NCBI GenBank assembly: GCA_965203885.1
Contig: OZ241920.1
Location: 3,611,372 to 3,675,371, forward strand
Origin: a bacterium
Lineage (GTDB): Bacteria > JAAXHH01
Length of the DNA stretch: 64,000 bases
Direction of reading: 5' to 3'
Shown: positions 30,970 to 41,284 of the stretch, piece after piece
Layout: the number at the start of each line of letters is the position of its first letter
Position numbering within the stretch: the stretch's first letter is position 1
Notes under the pieces: generated by a model
Database searches by the model: none
Told to the model about the DNA's origin: nothing
The model's input: the letters and a program-made list of their open reading frames with translations, nothing else
Position numbers and translations under genes: made by a program

Positions 30970-32364
30970 ATGATACTCAAGCAATACTACCTGGGATGCC
31001 TGGCCCACGCGTCCTATTTCATCGGGGACGAGGCCTCGGGGACCGCGGCGGTGGTGGACCCCCAGCGCGATATCGGCCAGTACATGGAAGAGGCCGAATC
31101 CCGGCACATGACCATCGGCCACGTATTCCTGACGCACTTCCACGCGGATTTCGCCGCGGGCCACCTGGAGCTCAGGGACCGTACCGGCGCCGTGATCCAC
31201 CTCGGGGCGCGGGCCGAGGCGGACTATGGCTTCGAGCCTATGCGGGACGGCGAAAGCATGAACCTGGGCGCGATCCGGCTCGATTTCCTCGAGACCCCAG
31301 GCCACTCACCCGAATCGGTCTGCATCCTGGTCTTCGATCCCGATGGGGCGATCGCGCCGTACGCCGCGCTGACCGGGGACACCCTGTTCATCGGCGACGT
31401 GGGCCGTCCGGACCTGAGGGCCGCGCTCGGCTGGAAGGCCGCCGACCTCGCCGACCTGCTCTACGACTCACTCCACGGGAACCTGCTTCCGGCCACCGTC
31501 GACGAAACCCTCGTCTATCCAGCCCACGGCGCCGGTTCGCTGTGCGGCAAGAACCTGAGTACGGACACGGTCTCCACGATGGGCGATCAGAAGAAGTACA
31601 ACTACGCCCTGCAGCCGATGGACCGGGAGACCTTTACCCGCCTGATCACGACGGACCAGCCGGAGGCGCCTTCCTACTTCACGTATGACGCCGCGTTCAA
31701 CGCGCAGGAACACGATACGCTGGACCATCTGCTGAAGCGGAATCTGCATCCCCTTGCGCTCGACGAGGTGTTGGCCGGGGCGGCGGACGGCGCGCAGGTC
31801 CTCGACACGCGGGACGCCGCGGATTACGAAGGCGCCCACCTGAGAGGCAGCATCAACATCGGGCTCGGGGGGCAGTACGCCAGCTGGGCGGGCACCCTGC
31901 TGCGGCGCGACAAACCGATCGTACTGATCACGGAATCGGGCGCCGAGGAGGAATCCGCCCTGCGGCTGGGCCGCATCGGATTCGACCACATCGCGGGATA
32001 CCTGGAAGGCGGCATGCACGCGCTGGAGGAGCGGTCCGACCTGTTGAGCCGGACCGAACGCATTACCGCGGCGGCGCTGAGCGACCGGCTGGACGGGGAA
32101 CGCCCGCCGGTGGTGCTCGATATCCGGTCCGGGCAGGAGCGCGCGGACAAATCCATCCGGGGCAGTCTCCACGTGCCCCTGAATCACCTGGAAGAACGCC
32201 TGGACGAGATCCCCGCCGACACCACGGTGGTCGTCCAGTGCGCCGGCGGCTACCGCTCCGCCATGGCGGCCAGCATCCTGAAGCGGCACGGTATCGCGGA
32301 CGTGATGGACCTGGTCGGGGGACTGGCGGCCTGGGAGGCCGTCAAGCGGGACGCCGCGGACTGA
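30970..32364 (+). CDS. MBL-fold persulfide dioxygenase-like protein fused to two rhodanese domains
   Basis: THFHADF, TPGH, GDTLF, PAHGAGSLCG; C-terminal CAGGYRS. Confidence 0.9.
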   Translation: MILKQYYLGCLAHASYFIGDEASGTAAVVDPQRDIGQYMEEAESRHMTIGHVFLTHFHADFAAGHLELRDRTGAVIHLGARAEADYGFEPMRDGESMNLGAIRLDFLETPGHSPESVCILVFDPDGAIAPYAALTGDTLFIGDVGRPDLRAALGWKAADLADLLYDSLHGNLLPATVDETLVYPAHGAGSLCGKNLSTDTVSTMGDQKKYNYALQPMDRETFTRLITTDQPEAPSYFTYDAAFNAQEHDTLDHLLKRNLHPLALDEVLAGAADGAQVLDTRDAADYEGAHLRGSINIGLGGQYASWAGTLLRRDKPIVLITESGAEEESALRLGRIGFDHIAGYLEGGMHALEERSDLLSRTERITAAALSDRLDGERPPVVLDIRSGQERADKSIRGSLHVPLNHLEERLDEIPADTTVVVQCAGGYRSAMAASILKRHGIADVMDLVGGLAAWEAVKRDAAD

Positions 32365-32459
32365 CTATCGGGAAGGGCCCGTGCCGCGTGAACCGGTGGG
32401 CAACGCTCCCCGGGAACGGCCGGGCGTGCCGGAGCGAGCCGCGCCGTGCCGCGGCGGTC

Positions 32460-33377
32460 TCACTTGTACATGGGCACGTCGAATTCCATGAGATCCCGCG
32501 CGACCCGGGTGGCGGGGAAGATCTTGCGCGCCTCGGCGGCCAGCGGCCCGTCCTGCATGTAGCGGGAACTGATGTGGGTCAGCACGAGGCTGCCGACCTT
32601 GGCGCGCCGGGCGATGCGGGCGGCCTGCACGACCGTCGAGTGGTGCTTCTGCCGGGCCTGCGCCCGCAGGTCGTCGCTGAACATGCCGTCGTGGATCAGC
32701 ACGTCCGCCCCGAGGGCCAGCGACACCACCTGGTCGCATGGCCGGGTGTCCGTGGCGTACACGATCTTCCGTCCCTGCCGGGCGGGACCCAGTACCTGTC
32801 CGGGCTCGATCACCCTGCCGTCCCCCAGCGTCACCGATTCACCCGCCTGCAGCCGTCCGTAAAGCGGACCGGGAGGTATGCCCAGCCGCCTCGCTTCCTC
32901 GACCCGAAACTGGCCGGGGCGCTCCCTTTCCCGGAAGGCGAAAGCCAGCGTAAAGCAACTGTGGTCCGCGGGGACGGCTTCGACGTAGACCGTGTCGTCC
33001 TCCGAGACCATTCCGCCCCGGTGCTCCGTTACGTGCACGGGAAAGGGGCACTGGTAGCCCAGAAAGCGCCGGTTCCCTTCCACGAAGTCTGAGATGCCCG
33101 GCGGACCGTAGATGTATAGCGCCCGTTCCCGCGGTATCTGGCCCATGGTCATCAGCAGGCCGGGCAGCCCCATGACGTGGTCGCCGTGCAGATGGGAAAT
33201 GTAGATCCGCTCGATCTTGCTCAGGGGCAGTTTCGCCCGGACCATCTGCGTCTGGGTGCCCTCGCCGCAATCGAAGAGGAACACGCGCCCGTCGCACTGT
33301 ACGGCTACGGACGGCAGGTTTCGCGTCAGGGTCGGTACGGCGCCGCCGGATCCCAGGATGACGATATTGATGATCAT
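32460..33377 (-). CDS. rnz: Ribonuclease Z
   Basis: FDCGEGTQ, SHLHGDH, GIPPGP exosite, TDT, HST, LTHISSRY. Confidence 0.95.
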   Translation of the reverse strand: MIINIVILGSGGAVPTLTRNLPSVAVQCDGRVFLFDCGEGTQTQMVRAKLPLSKIERIYISHLHGDHVMGLPGLLMTMGQIPRERALYIYGPPGISDFVEGNRRFLGYQCPFPVHVTEHRGGMVSEDDTVYVEAVPADHSCFTLAFAFRERERPGQFRVEEARRLGIPPGPLYGRLQAGESVTLGDGRVIEPGQVLGPARQGRKIVYATDTRPCDQVVSLALGADVLIHDGMFSDDLRAQARQKHHSTVVQAARIARRAKVGSLVLTHISSRYMQDGPLAAEARKIFPATRVARDLMEFDVPMYK

Positions 33378-33412
33378 GATGGCTGGATGGATATCCTGTA
33401 TTGGGGAGCGCC

Positions 33413-34267
33413 CTATTCCTGCCGCGCCCTGCAGATCGCGTCGGTCATGCGGACGACGCGTCCCATTTCCCTGACGTCGTGGACCCGGATGATGCTGGCG
33501 CCGTTGGCTACGCTCAGCGCGACCGCCGCCGCGGTGCCCTCCATCCGTTCGTCTTTCTCCGCGTCGAGCACGCGGCCGATGAAGGCCTTCCTCGACGGGC
33601 CGATCAGAATGGGACAGTTCAGTTTCCGAAAGGACGCCAGGGACCGGATCAGGAGCAGATTGTCGCTGAGCCGTTTGCCGAAACCGATGCCCGGGTCGAT
33701 GATGATCCGTGATCTTCGGATGCCGTGCGCCACGGCGTGTTCAATGCGCGCGCCCAGCCAGTCGACGATTTCGCCGACGGTGTCCCGGTAGCCGGGATTC
33801 CGCTGCATGTCCCGAGGGGTTCCCGCCGTATGCATGATCACCACGGGCACTCCGGCGGAGGCGACCGTCTCGACCATTTCCGGATCGGAGGTCATGCCGC
33901 TGACGTCGTTCACCATCCCGGCCCCGGCGCCGATGGCCCTGCGGGCGACTTCGGCTTTCCGGGTATCGATGGAAATCGGCTGGCCGGCCCGGTCCTTCAA
34001 CCGTTCTATGACGGGGATGACCCGCCGGAGTTCCTCCTCCAGCCGGACCGGTTCCGCGCCCGGCCGCGTGGATTCGCCGCCCACGTCGATGATGTCCGCG
34101 CCTTCTTCGGTCATGCGCTGGCCGTGTCGCACCGCCGTGTACGGGTCCCAGTAGCGCCCGCCGTCGTAGAAGGAATCCGGCGTTACGTTCAGGACCCCCA
34201 TGATCCGCGTGCGTATCGAGCAGTCCCACCGGAACCCTTCGCCTTCGACGACCCGTTCGTCAGGCAC
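33413..34267 (-). CDS. folP: Dihydropteroate synthase
   Basis: IMGVLNVTPDSF, GGESTRPG, DPGIGFGK, SRK, RVHDV. Confidence 0.97.
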   Translation of the reverse strand: MPDERVVEGEGFRWDCSIRTRIMGVLNVTPDSFYDGGRYWDPYTAVRHGQRMTEEGADIIDVGGESTRPGAEPVRLEEELRRVIPVIERLKDRAGQPISIDTRKAEVARRAIGAGAGMVNDVSGMTSDPEMVETVASAGVPVVIMHTAGTPRDMQRNPGYRDTVGEIVDWLGARIEHAVAHGIRRSRIIIDPGIGFGKRLSDNLLLIRSLASFRKLNCPILIGPSRKAFIGRVLDAEKDERMEGTAAAVALSVANGASIIRVHDVREMGRVVRMTDAICRARQE

Positions 34268-34269
34268 GA

Positions 34270-36348
34270 TCAGACTCCCGGGGCGGCCAGGGGCGGTTCC
34301 TTGAACGGCGCTTGAGCGGGCGTTTCGGCATCGCCGGTCCGCGTTCCCTCTCTCTGCCCGGCTTCTTCCTCCGCGTCCCGCCGCGGCTGGACTTCGCGCT
34401 TCGCCGCCGCATCCAGCGGCTTCCCTTCGAGCACCCGTTCCAACTGGTCCCTGTCCAGCGTTTCATGCTCGAGGAGGGCCTCGGCCATCCGGTGCAGGGC
34501 ATCTTCCCGCTCCGTGAGGATGGCTTCCGCGCGCTGCCGGCATGCGTCCATGATCTTCTTCATGTCTTCGTCGACCTTCACGGCCGTCCTGTTGCTGTAA
34601 TCCCGCTTCCGGGTCAGCTCCCGGCCCAGGAACACCTCCCCTTCAGGGTTTCCAAGGGCCAGGGGGCCGAGTTCGCCCATCCCCCAGCCGCAGACCATGT
34701 GCCGGGCCAGCTCCGTGGCGCGCTTGATGTCGTCTCCGGCCCCGTTGAACGTGTCTCCCATCCCGATGCGTTCCGCGACCTGCCCGGCCAGCAGACAGGC
34801 GATCTGCCCCCGGCACCAGGCTTCCGAATACAGGTACTGGTCTTCCTCGGGAATGGAATGGGTAATCCCCAGCGCCTGTCCACGGGGTATGATGGTGACG
34901 CTGTGCGGCGGGTCGACCTCCGGTATCAGGGCCGCGGTCAGGGCGTGGCCGCTTTCGTGGTACGCGACGGTCCTGCGTTCATCTTCCGACATGACCAACT
35001 GGTGTTCCGAGCCCATGACGATGCGGTCCCTGGCCCGTTCGAGGTCCCGCATGGCAATCCGCTTGTGGTCTTCCCGCGCGGCGAGCAGGGCCGCCTCGTT
35101 CACGATGTTCTCCAGGTCGGCGCCCGACATGCCCGGCGTGAGCCTTGCCATGGCCTTCAGATCTACGCAGTCCGCAAGCGGCTTGTCCTTCGCCTTGATG
35201 CCGAGGATCTGCTCGCGCCCCCTCACGTCCGGTCGGTCCACGGTGACGTGCCGGTCGAACCGTCCGGGCCGGAGGAGCGCGGGGTCCAGCACGTCGGGCC
35301 GGTTCGTGGCGGCGATCAGGACGACTCCGCTGTTGACTTCGAACCCGTCCATTTCCACGAGCAGCTGGTTCAGGGTCTGCTCCCGTTCGTCGTGGCCGCC
35401 GCCCAGGCCCGCGCCGCGGTGACGCCCCACCGCGTCCAGTTCGTCGATGAAGATGATACACGGGGCGTTCTCTTTGCCCTGTTTGAACAGGTCCCGGACC
35501 CGGGACGCGCCGACTCCGACGAACATCTCCATGAAATCGGCGCCGCTCATGGTGAAGAACGGTACGCCCGCCTCGCCGGCGACCGCGCGCGCCAGGAGGG
35601 TCTTTCCCGTACCCGGCGGGCCCAGCAGGAGCACGCCCTTCGGCAGGCGCGCGCCGAACCGGCTGAACTTCTCGGGATGCTTGAGGAACTCCACGACCTC
35701 CTGCAGGTCGCGCTTGGCCTCTTCGACCCCGGCCACTTCGCTGAACTTGACGCCATCCCGCTCTCCCGTAAGCCTGGCCTGGCTCTTGCCCATGGAAAAC
35801 AGCCCTTTCTGCCCGCCCTGCATCTGGCGGAAGATGAGGATCCACAGGCCGAGTATGAGCAGCAGCGGAAACCAGGTGATCAGGTGGGTATACCAGGGGG
35901 CCGACTTCGGCCGCGCGGTGATCGTTACGTTCTTCCGAACCAGTTCATCGATCAGTTCGGTGTCTTCAAAGGGGATCTCGACCTTGAACCGCGTCTCCAG
36001 GGACTCCAGGCCGCCGGCGACCGGCGTACTGATCGCGTTGTTGAACTCGCCGACGATCGTCTTTTCGAGAATCGTTACGCTTCGGACGTTCCCGCTGGCC
36101 AGGTGGTTCCGGAACGTGGAGTATCCGATTTCCGTCCCGTCGGAACGATCCCGGCTGAAGAACTGGACCAGCACCACCGACAGCAGGGCGAGGAGTACCC
36201 ACATGACGATGGTCCGGGTCCGGCGGGGCGCGTGCTGCCGGTTGCCTCGGTTCTGGGGGGGCGCATGCTGCCGGTTGCCTCGGTCCTGGCGGGGCGCGCC
36301 AGGCTTTCGACTTTGCGGCCCGTCGTTTTTCTGTCCGGTATTCGTCAT
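34270..36348 (-). CDS. ftsH: ATP-dependent zinc metalloprotease FtsH
   Basis: 2 TM segments, [29 protein letters not shown]; 33-bp duplication in the N-terminus. Confidence 0.97.
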   Translation of the reverse strand: MTNTGQKNDGPQSRKPGAPRQDRGNRQHAPPQNRGNRQHAPRRTRTIVMWVLLALLSVVLVQFFSRDRSDGTEIGYSTFRNHLASGNVRSVTILEKTIVGEFNNAISTPVAGGLESLETRFKVEIPFEDTELIDELVRKNVTITARPKSAPWYTHLITWFPLLLILGLWILIFRQMQGGQKGLFSMGKSQARLTGERDGVKFSEVAGVEEAKRDLQEVVEFLKHPEKFSRFGARLPKGVLLLGPPGTGKTLLARAVAGEAGVPFFTMSGADFMEMFVGVGASRVRDLFKQGKENAPCIIFIDELDAVGRHRGAGLGGGHDEREQTLNQLLVEMDGFEVNSGVVLIAATNRPDVLDPALLRPGRFDRHVTVDRPDVRGREQILGIKAKDKPLADCVDLKAMARLTPGMSGADLENIVNEAALLAAREDHKRIAMRDLERARDRIVMGSEHQLVMSEDERRTVAYHESGHALTAALIPEVDPPHSVTIIPRGQALGITHSIPEEDQYLYSEAWCRGQIACLLAGQVAERIGMGDTFNGAGDDIKRATELARHMVCGWGMGELGPLALGNPEGEVFLGRELTRKRDYSNRTAVKVDEDMKKIMDACRQRAEAILTEREDALHRMAEALLEHETLDRDQLERVLEGKPLDAAAKREVQPRRDAEEEAGQREGTRTGDAETPAQAPFKEPPLAAPGV

Positions 36349-36370
36349 TCGATCCTGTCCGTCATGCGGT

Positions 36371-36463
36371 CCCGGCCGCACCGGCCGGCGCCGGCCGAAA
36401 TGCGCGAGCGGGGGTTCCCGGCCGCATCGGCCGGCGCCGGCCGAAATGCGCGAGCGGGGGTTC
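36371..36463. repeat. 46-bp tandem repeat x2 upstream of ftsH
   Basis: cccggccgca(c/t)cggccggcgccggccgaaatgcgcgagcgggggtt. Confidence 0.85.
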
Positions 36464-36552
36464 GCGGAGCTACCGGCCGGCACCGCCGGCGGGAACCAAG
36501 AAATAAGCGTGAGGGTCTGCAAGGCCGTCTTCGCACCCGCATACCCCCACGC

Positions 36553-37068
36553 TCAGGCATCCTGCTCGTCGACCACGGCGACGTACGGCAGGTCCCGGTA
36601 TCTTTCGCCCCAGTCGAGTCCGTACCCTACGACGAAAACACCCGGTATGTCGAACCCCTTGTAATCGATCGTCACGGGCGCCCGGTACGCCTCCGGTTTG
36701 ACCAGCAGGGCGCATACCTTCAGGGACAACGGTTCCCGCTTCGTCAACTCTTCCGTAAGATAGCCGAGCGTCAGCCCCGTGTCAACGATGTCCTCGACGA
36801 TCACGGCGTGTCTTCCGCGCACGTCGACGTCGAAGATTTCGGCCTGCACGGAACCGGTGGAAACCTGTCCCTTCCCGTAGGATGAAGTGCGCACGAAGTC
36901 GATGGCGTGAGGCACCGTGATTTCCCTCATCAGGTCGGCCAGGAAGACCACGCATCCCTTGAGACAGCCTATGAGCACCGGGTTTTTCCCCCGGTAGTCG
37001 GCCGACAGCCGCGCCCCCAGGCTTCGTACCTTCTCCGCGATCTGTTCTTCGGTAAGCAGGGTTCTCAT
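36553..37068 (-). CDS. hpt: Hypoxanthine phosphoribosyltransferase
   Basis: [30 protein letters not shown]. Confidence 0.96.
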   Translation of the reverse strand: MRTLLTEEQIAEKVRSLGARLSADYRGKNPVLIGCLKGCVVFLADLMREITVPHAIDFVRTSSYGKGQVSTGSVQAEIFDVDVRGRHAVIVEDIVDTGLTLGYLTEELTKREPLSLKVCALLVKPEAYRAPVTIDYKGFDIPGVFVVGYGLDWGERYRDLPYVAVVDEQDA

Positions 37069-37092
37069 CACGGATTCCCGTATGGCGGGCCA

Positions 37093-37172
37093 CCCGCCGC
37101 CGGCCCAAGGTCCATCCCTCCGCGGCAGGCCCAGACAGCCCGCCGCCGGCCCAAGGTCCATCCCTCCGCGGC
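37093..37172. repeat. 34-bp direct repeat x2 (period 46) between tilS and hpt
   Basis: cccgccgccggcccaaggtccatccctccgcggc. Confidence 0.85.
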
Positions 37173-37201
37173 GACCATCACCCGCCGTCCCGGACCGGCC
37201 G

Positions 37202-38599
37202 TCAGGCTTCCCGGTCGCGCTCCATCAACTCGGCGACCATCACCCGCCGGGTCTTCCCGGTAACCATACCCTCGCTGCCCTGCCGGTGACCGGCTACCCA
37301 CAACACCCGGTCCCCGCCCGTTACCACCGGCACGCGGTCGCGCAGCAGCCTGGGCACGTCCCATTCGTTGAACAGCTTCTTCAGCGACTTGTGGCCCGCC
37401 AGGCCGCGGGGCGACATGCGATCGCCCGGTTCGCGCGAACGCACGGTCCATTGCCGCGGCACGGACCCGGCATCGAACACGGCCCGGCGCGGGGTTGCGG
37501 CCGGCGCGTCGCCCGCGGCCCCCTCCGCCACACGGATCGACAGGTTGGACGCCGGGACTTCCACCCGGCCGGGGACCTCGAAGTCCACCCGGTAAGGCGC
37601 AAACGTGCCTCGACAGATCACCAGTTCGGACCTCCGGCACTCCATGCGAATCCCGCCGGGCAGTTCATGAATACGGCCGACCGCGCCCCGGCCGATCCAC
37701 GCGCGGGTATCTTCCACGCGGTCGAAATCCAGTTGCGCCTCGCTGCCTCCCACCGCCCGGACCAGATGCCGGACCAGTACCCGCTGTACGGCGAGCGCCG
37801 CGTCCCGCCAGGCCTCGCGGTTCAGATGAAAGACCTTCCCGTCCGCGGCGCGCCCATGATCGGCGAGGAACGCCGCCGCCCTTTCGTCGAGATACTCCGC
37901 TTCGCAACGGATCACGTCGGCGAGCCGGCCGAGCCCCCGCACGATCCGGGGGTTGTATTCCTGGCGCAGCATGGGTACCAGGTGATGCCGGATTCTGTTC
38001 CGGAGCAAGTCCCGGTCCGCGTTGGTGCGATCGACGCGGAAGGACAGGCCGTGACTGCGGACGTACCCGGCGATCTCGTCGGCGGTGACGTCCAGCAGCG
38101 GCCGGATGATCCAACCGTCCCTGACCGGCCGGATGGCCGAAAGCCCCGAACTGCCGCTGCCGCGCAGGAGGCGCATCAGCACCGTCTCGGCCTGGTCGTC
38201 CGCCGTATGTCCGGTCGCCACGGCATCGGCGTCCCGGTCCAGGAGCGCCCTGCGCAGGAACCCGTAACGCACCTCCCGGGCGCCCTGCTCGGTGGAGCAT
38301 CCGTTCTCCCGGCAGTAACCCGGTACGTCCGCCCTTTCCACGATGCAGGGAAGGCCCAGTGCCGCCGCGTAGTCCGCGACGAAGACGGCGTCTCCCCGTC
38401 CTTCCTCGCCACGGAGGCCGTGGTCGAGGTGGGCCGCGACAAGACTCATGCCCAACTTGCCGGAAAGTCCGTGAAGGGCATGCAGCAGGACCACCGAGTC
38501 CGCGCCGCCGGAAACCGCCGCGATCACCCGGTCGCCCGCCTTGATCATCCCGTGGCGATGGACCGCCGCCTCGATTTTATGTTCGATGGCTTCCGGCAT
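37202..38599 (-). CDS. tilS: tRNA(Ile)-lysidine synthetase
   Basis: AVSGGADS, DHGLRG, TGHTADDQAET, IRPLL, RNRIR. Confidence 0.96.
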   Translation of the reverse strand: MPEAIEHKIEAAVHRHGMIKAGDRVIAAVSGGADSVVLLHALHGLSGKLGMSLVAAHLDHGLRGEEGRGDAVFVADYAAALGLPCIVERADVPGYCRENGCSTEQGAREVRYGFLRRALLDRDADAVATGHTADDQAETVLMRLLRGSGSSGLSAIRPVRDGWIIRPLLDVTADEIAGYVRSHGLSFRVDRTNADRDLLRNRIRHHLVPMLRQEYNPRIVRGLGRLADVIRCEAEYLDERAAAFLADHGRAADGKVFHLNREAWRDAALAVQRVLVRHLVRAVGGSEAQLDFDRVEDTRAWIGRGAVGRIHELPGGIRMECRRSELVICRGTFAPYRVDFEVPGRVEVPASNLSIRVAEGAAGDAPAATPRRAVFDAGSVPRQWTVRSREPGDRMSPRGLAGHKSLKKLFNEWDVPRLLRDRVPVVTGGDRVLWVAGHRQGSEGMVTGKTRRVMVAELMERDREA

Positions 38600-38662
38600 G
38601 GCAAACCCAAAAGCGAACCATAATGAAAATGGCCTTCCGAGTGAAGAAAGGCCATGGGGAAA

Positions 38663-38736
38663 TAGCGGCGCAGGGATTCGAACCCCGGACACTCGGATTA
38701 TGATTCCGATGCTCTGACCAACTGAGCTACGCCGCC
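38663..38736 (-). tRNA. tRNA with CAT anticodon (most likely elongator Met)
   Basis: GGCGGCGTAGCTCAG...TCGGA-ATCATAA-TCCGA; paired 1:72 position and no 3 G-C anticodon stem, so not initiator. Confidence 0.9.
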
Positions 38737-38752
38737 TCGAATCGAACAACCC

Positions 38753-38781
38753 AATATAGAAACCGGGCCGTATCCTGTCAA
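38753..38781 (-). promoter_or_regulatory. Sigma70-like promoter for tRNA-tilS-hpt-ftsH
   Basis: TTGACA-17 bp-TATATT. Confidence 0.8.
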
Positions 38782-38894
38782 GGCATTAACTCGGGATCTC
38801 CGGGGGCTCAAATGTGATTGCTGTTGACGTGTGCAAGCGGTTATATTACCCATGTTTCTACCTGAATTCACAAGCATTTCCGTCGAGGTGAGAC

Positions 38895-40319
38895 TTGGCT
38901 GAACCGGAAGCGAACACGGCCGCTTCTCCCATATCCGAGACCAGGGACGAAGGCCTGGTCCGCGGACTGGGGCCCCTTGAAGCCACGACCATCATCGTGG
39001 GCGGGGTGATCGGTTCCGGCATCTTCCAGGCGCCGAGCGCCATCGCATCCAACGTGGGCTCGCCGGGCATGAGTCTCCTCGTCTGGCTGGTCTGCGGCAT
39101 CCTCGCCCTATGCGGGGGGCTCTGCATCGCGGAGATGGGCGCCATGCTCCCCCGGACCGGGGGGCAGTACGTCTACATCCGCGAGGCCTACCGCCGCCGA
39201 TGGCTCACCTTCATCTTCGGCTGGTCTTCTTTCTGGATCGTCTGGCCGGTGTCCATCGCCGCCGTGGCGAACGTGTTTTCCGCCTACCTCGCGAGCGTGG
39301 TGAACGTGGTCACGGCAGACGGGGCCGCGCCCGGGATCGTATTGAGCGACGGCGCACGCGCGCTGATCGCGTGCGCGTGCGTGCTGGTGCTGACGGCCAT
39401 CAACGTGATCGGCGTCCGCTGGGGCGGCCGGGTCACCAACCTCTTCACCTTCATCAAGGTCGCCGCGCTCGGGGGACTGATCCTGCTGGGCCTGGTCATG
39501 GCCGACATGGGTTCGATGGCCCACTTCTCGCCGCTGTTCGGCGGCGGCGGGGCCGCCGCGGGCGGATTCGCGCTCGGCGCTTTCGGCGCGGCCATGGTCA
39601 CCGGCCTTTTCGCCTACGAGGGGTGGACTTTCTCCAGCTACGTCGCGGGGGAAATGCGCAACCCGAGCCGCAACATCCCGCTGTCGATCATCGCCGGGAT
39701 CGTGTTCGTGATCCTCATCTACCTGGCGGCCAACTTCGTCTACATCCTCGTTCTGCCTTTCGAGCAGGTGCAGACCTCTCCCTGGATCGCGGCCGACGTG
39801 ATGAAGGTGCTGCTGGGTGACTGGGGCGCCCTGTTTATCTCGGTGGGCGTCATGTGTTCCACCTTCGGCGGGGTCAACGTGCAGATCCTCGTGGCGCCGC
39901 GCCTCTTCTACGCCCTCAGCAGGGACGGCCTGTTCTTCGAGGGACTGAGCCGGGTGCATCCCAGGTTCCGCACGCCGGCGGTTTCCATACTTACCCAGGG
40001 CATCCTGTCCGCCCTGATCGCCCTCACGCCCAGTTACGAACAGATCATTGCCTACGGCTCCTTCACGAACTACGCCTTTTCGATTATAGCCATCGGCTCG
40101 GTCATCGTGCTGCGGTTCACCCGCCCCGACGCGAAGCGCCCCTACAGGGCCTGGGGCTATCCGGTTACGCCCCTGCTCTTTCTCGCCGTGATCGCCGGCT
40201 ACCTGGTGTCGCTGCTGACCAACATGGAGTTCATCTACAACACGCTCATCGGCCTGGCCATCGTCGCCGCCGGCTTTCCCTTCTACTTCTACTGGGAAAG
40301 GAAAAACAAAGGAAACTGA
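38895..40319 (+). CDS. APC-family amino acid permease (SteT/LAT-like)
   Basis: IGSGIF, FAYEGW, GEMRNPSRN, HPRFRTP, RPYRAWGYP. Confidence 0.92.
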   Translation: MAEPEANTAASPISETRDEGLVRGLGPLEATTIIVGGVIGSGIFQAPSAIASNVGSPGMSLLVWLVCGILALCGGLCIAEMGAMLPRTGGQYVYIREAYRRRWLTFIFGWSSFWIVWPVSIAAVANVFSAYLASVVNVVTADGAAPGIVLSDGARALIACACVLVLTAINVIGVRWGGRVTNLFTFIKVAALGGLILLGLVMADMGSMAHFSPLFGGGGAAAGGFALGAFGAAMVTGLFAYEGWTFSSYVAGEMRNPSRNIPLSIIAGIVFVILIYLAANFVYILVLPFEQVQTSPWIAADVMKVLLGDWGALFISVGVMCSTFGGVNVQILVAPRLFYALSRDGLFFEGLSRVHPRFRTPAVSILTQGILSALIALTPSYEQIIAYGSFTNYAFSIIAIGSVIVLRFTRPDAKRPYRAWGYPVTPLLFLAVIAGYLVSLLTNMEFIYNTLIGLAIVAAGFPFYFYWERKNKGN

Positions 40320-40327
40320 GGGATTTC

Positions 40328-41260
40328 ATGCGGGACTTGCTGATCGTAGAACAGAACAACGTCATCCGCTACGACGACGTGTCTCTCTCCCATCTCCAGG
40401 AAACCCTGGAAGACTCCCAGGGCCTGTTCTGGCTGGACCTCGAACAGATCACGGACGAAGACGCGGCGTTCCTGAGCGATTTCAAGGAGTTCGGCGCGCA
40501 CCCCCTGTCGGTGAAGGCTTGCCGGGAGGTTTCGACCCGGCCCTATTCCGCGGTGTTCCCGGGCCACCTGTTCATCGTCCTGCACGTGCAGGAGAGCCTG
40601 GACGAGCCGCCGGTCAAGCTGGGACTCTTCCTGGCGCCCGATTACCTGATTACCGTTCACTCCACGCCGGTGGCCATTTTGCAGGACGTAAAGGACCGGG
40701 TCCAGCAGGACGCCCAGTTGATGCGGTCCGCGGATCTGGCGGTCGCCCTGATCATGCAGACGATCGCCGATCGCCAGGACCCGCTGGTATCCGAACTTGC
40801 CGCGCAGACGATCGACCCGGACCAGGACGTGGAAGGCCAATGGATATACCACGCGCAGCGGCGGCTCATCGACATGATCCATCTCGTCAAACCGCAGTGC
40901 GAAATCGTCCATTCCCTTTACGCCGGCGAGAAACTCTCCCTGCAGACGGATGCGGTCGTCCAGCTCCAGGACGCGTACCATCGGTTCAGGAACATGGCCG
41001 ACGCGCTTACGCGTACGTGGGAAATGCTGAACGACGCGGCCGCGGCTGTCCAGACGAAAACCCTAAGGAGGATCGACGCTTCCGCGATGCGGTTGACCTT
41101 CCTGGCCGCCCTGCTGCTCCCCGTGCTCGTTCTGTCCGCCCTGCTGGGGATAGACCATCCCCTGGTGAACGAAGCGAACAAACCGGCGGTCCTGGGCATC
41201 GGCCTGGCGGTTTCGTCGCTGGCCGCCGTGATCCTGCTCCTGACAGCGAGAAAGCGATAG
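40328..41260 (+). CDS. CorA/ZntB-like divalent cation transporter (divergent)
   Basis: FWLDLE, FGAHPL, LITVH, helical stalk, two C-terminal TM segments; GMN motif absent. Confidence 0.7.
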   Translation: MRDLLIVEQNNVIRYDDVSLSHLQETLEDSQGLFWLDLEQITDEDAAFLSDFKEFGAHPLSVKACREVSTRPYSAVFPGHLFIVLHVQESLDEPPVKLGLFLAPDYLITVHSTPVAILQDVKDRVQQDAQLMRSADLAVALIMQTIADRQDPLVSELAAQTIDPDQDVEGQWIYHAQRRLIDMIHLVKPQCEIVHSLYAGEKLSLQTDAVVQLQDAYHRFRNMADALTRTWEMLNDAAAAVQTKTLRRIDASAMRLTFLAALLLPVLVLSALLGIDHPLVNEANKPAVLGIGLAVSSLAAVILLLTARKR

Positions 41261-41284
41261 CGGACTGCAACTCTCGAGGTACCG

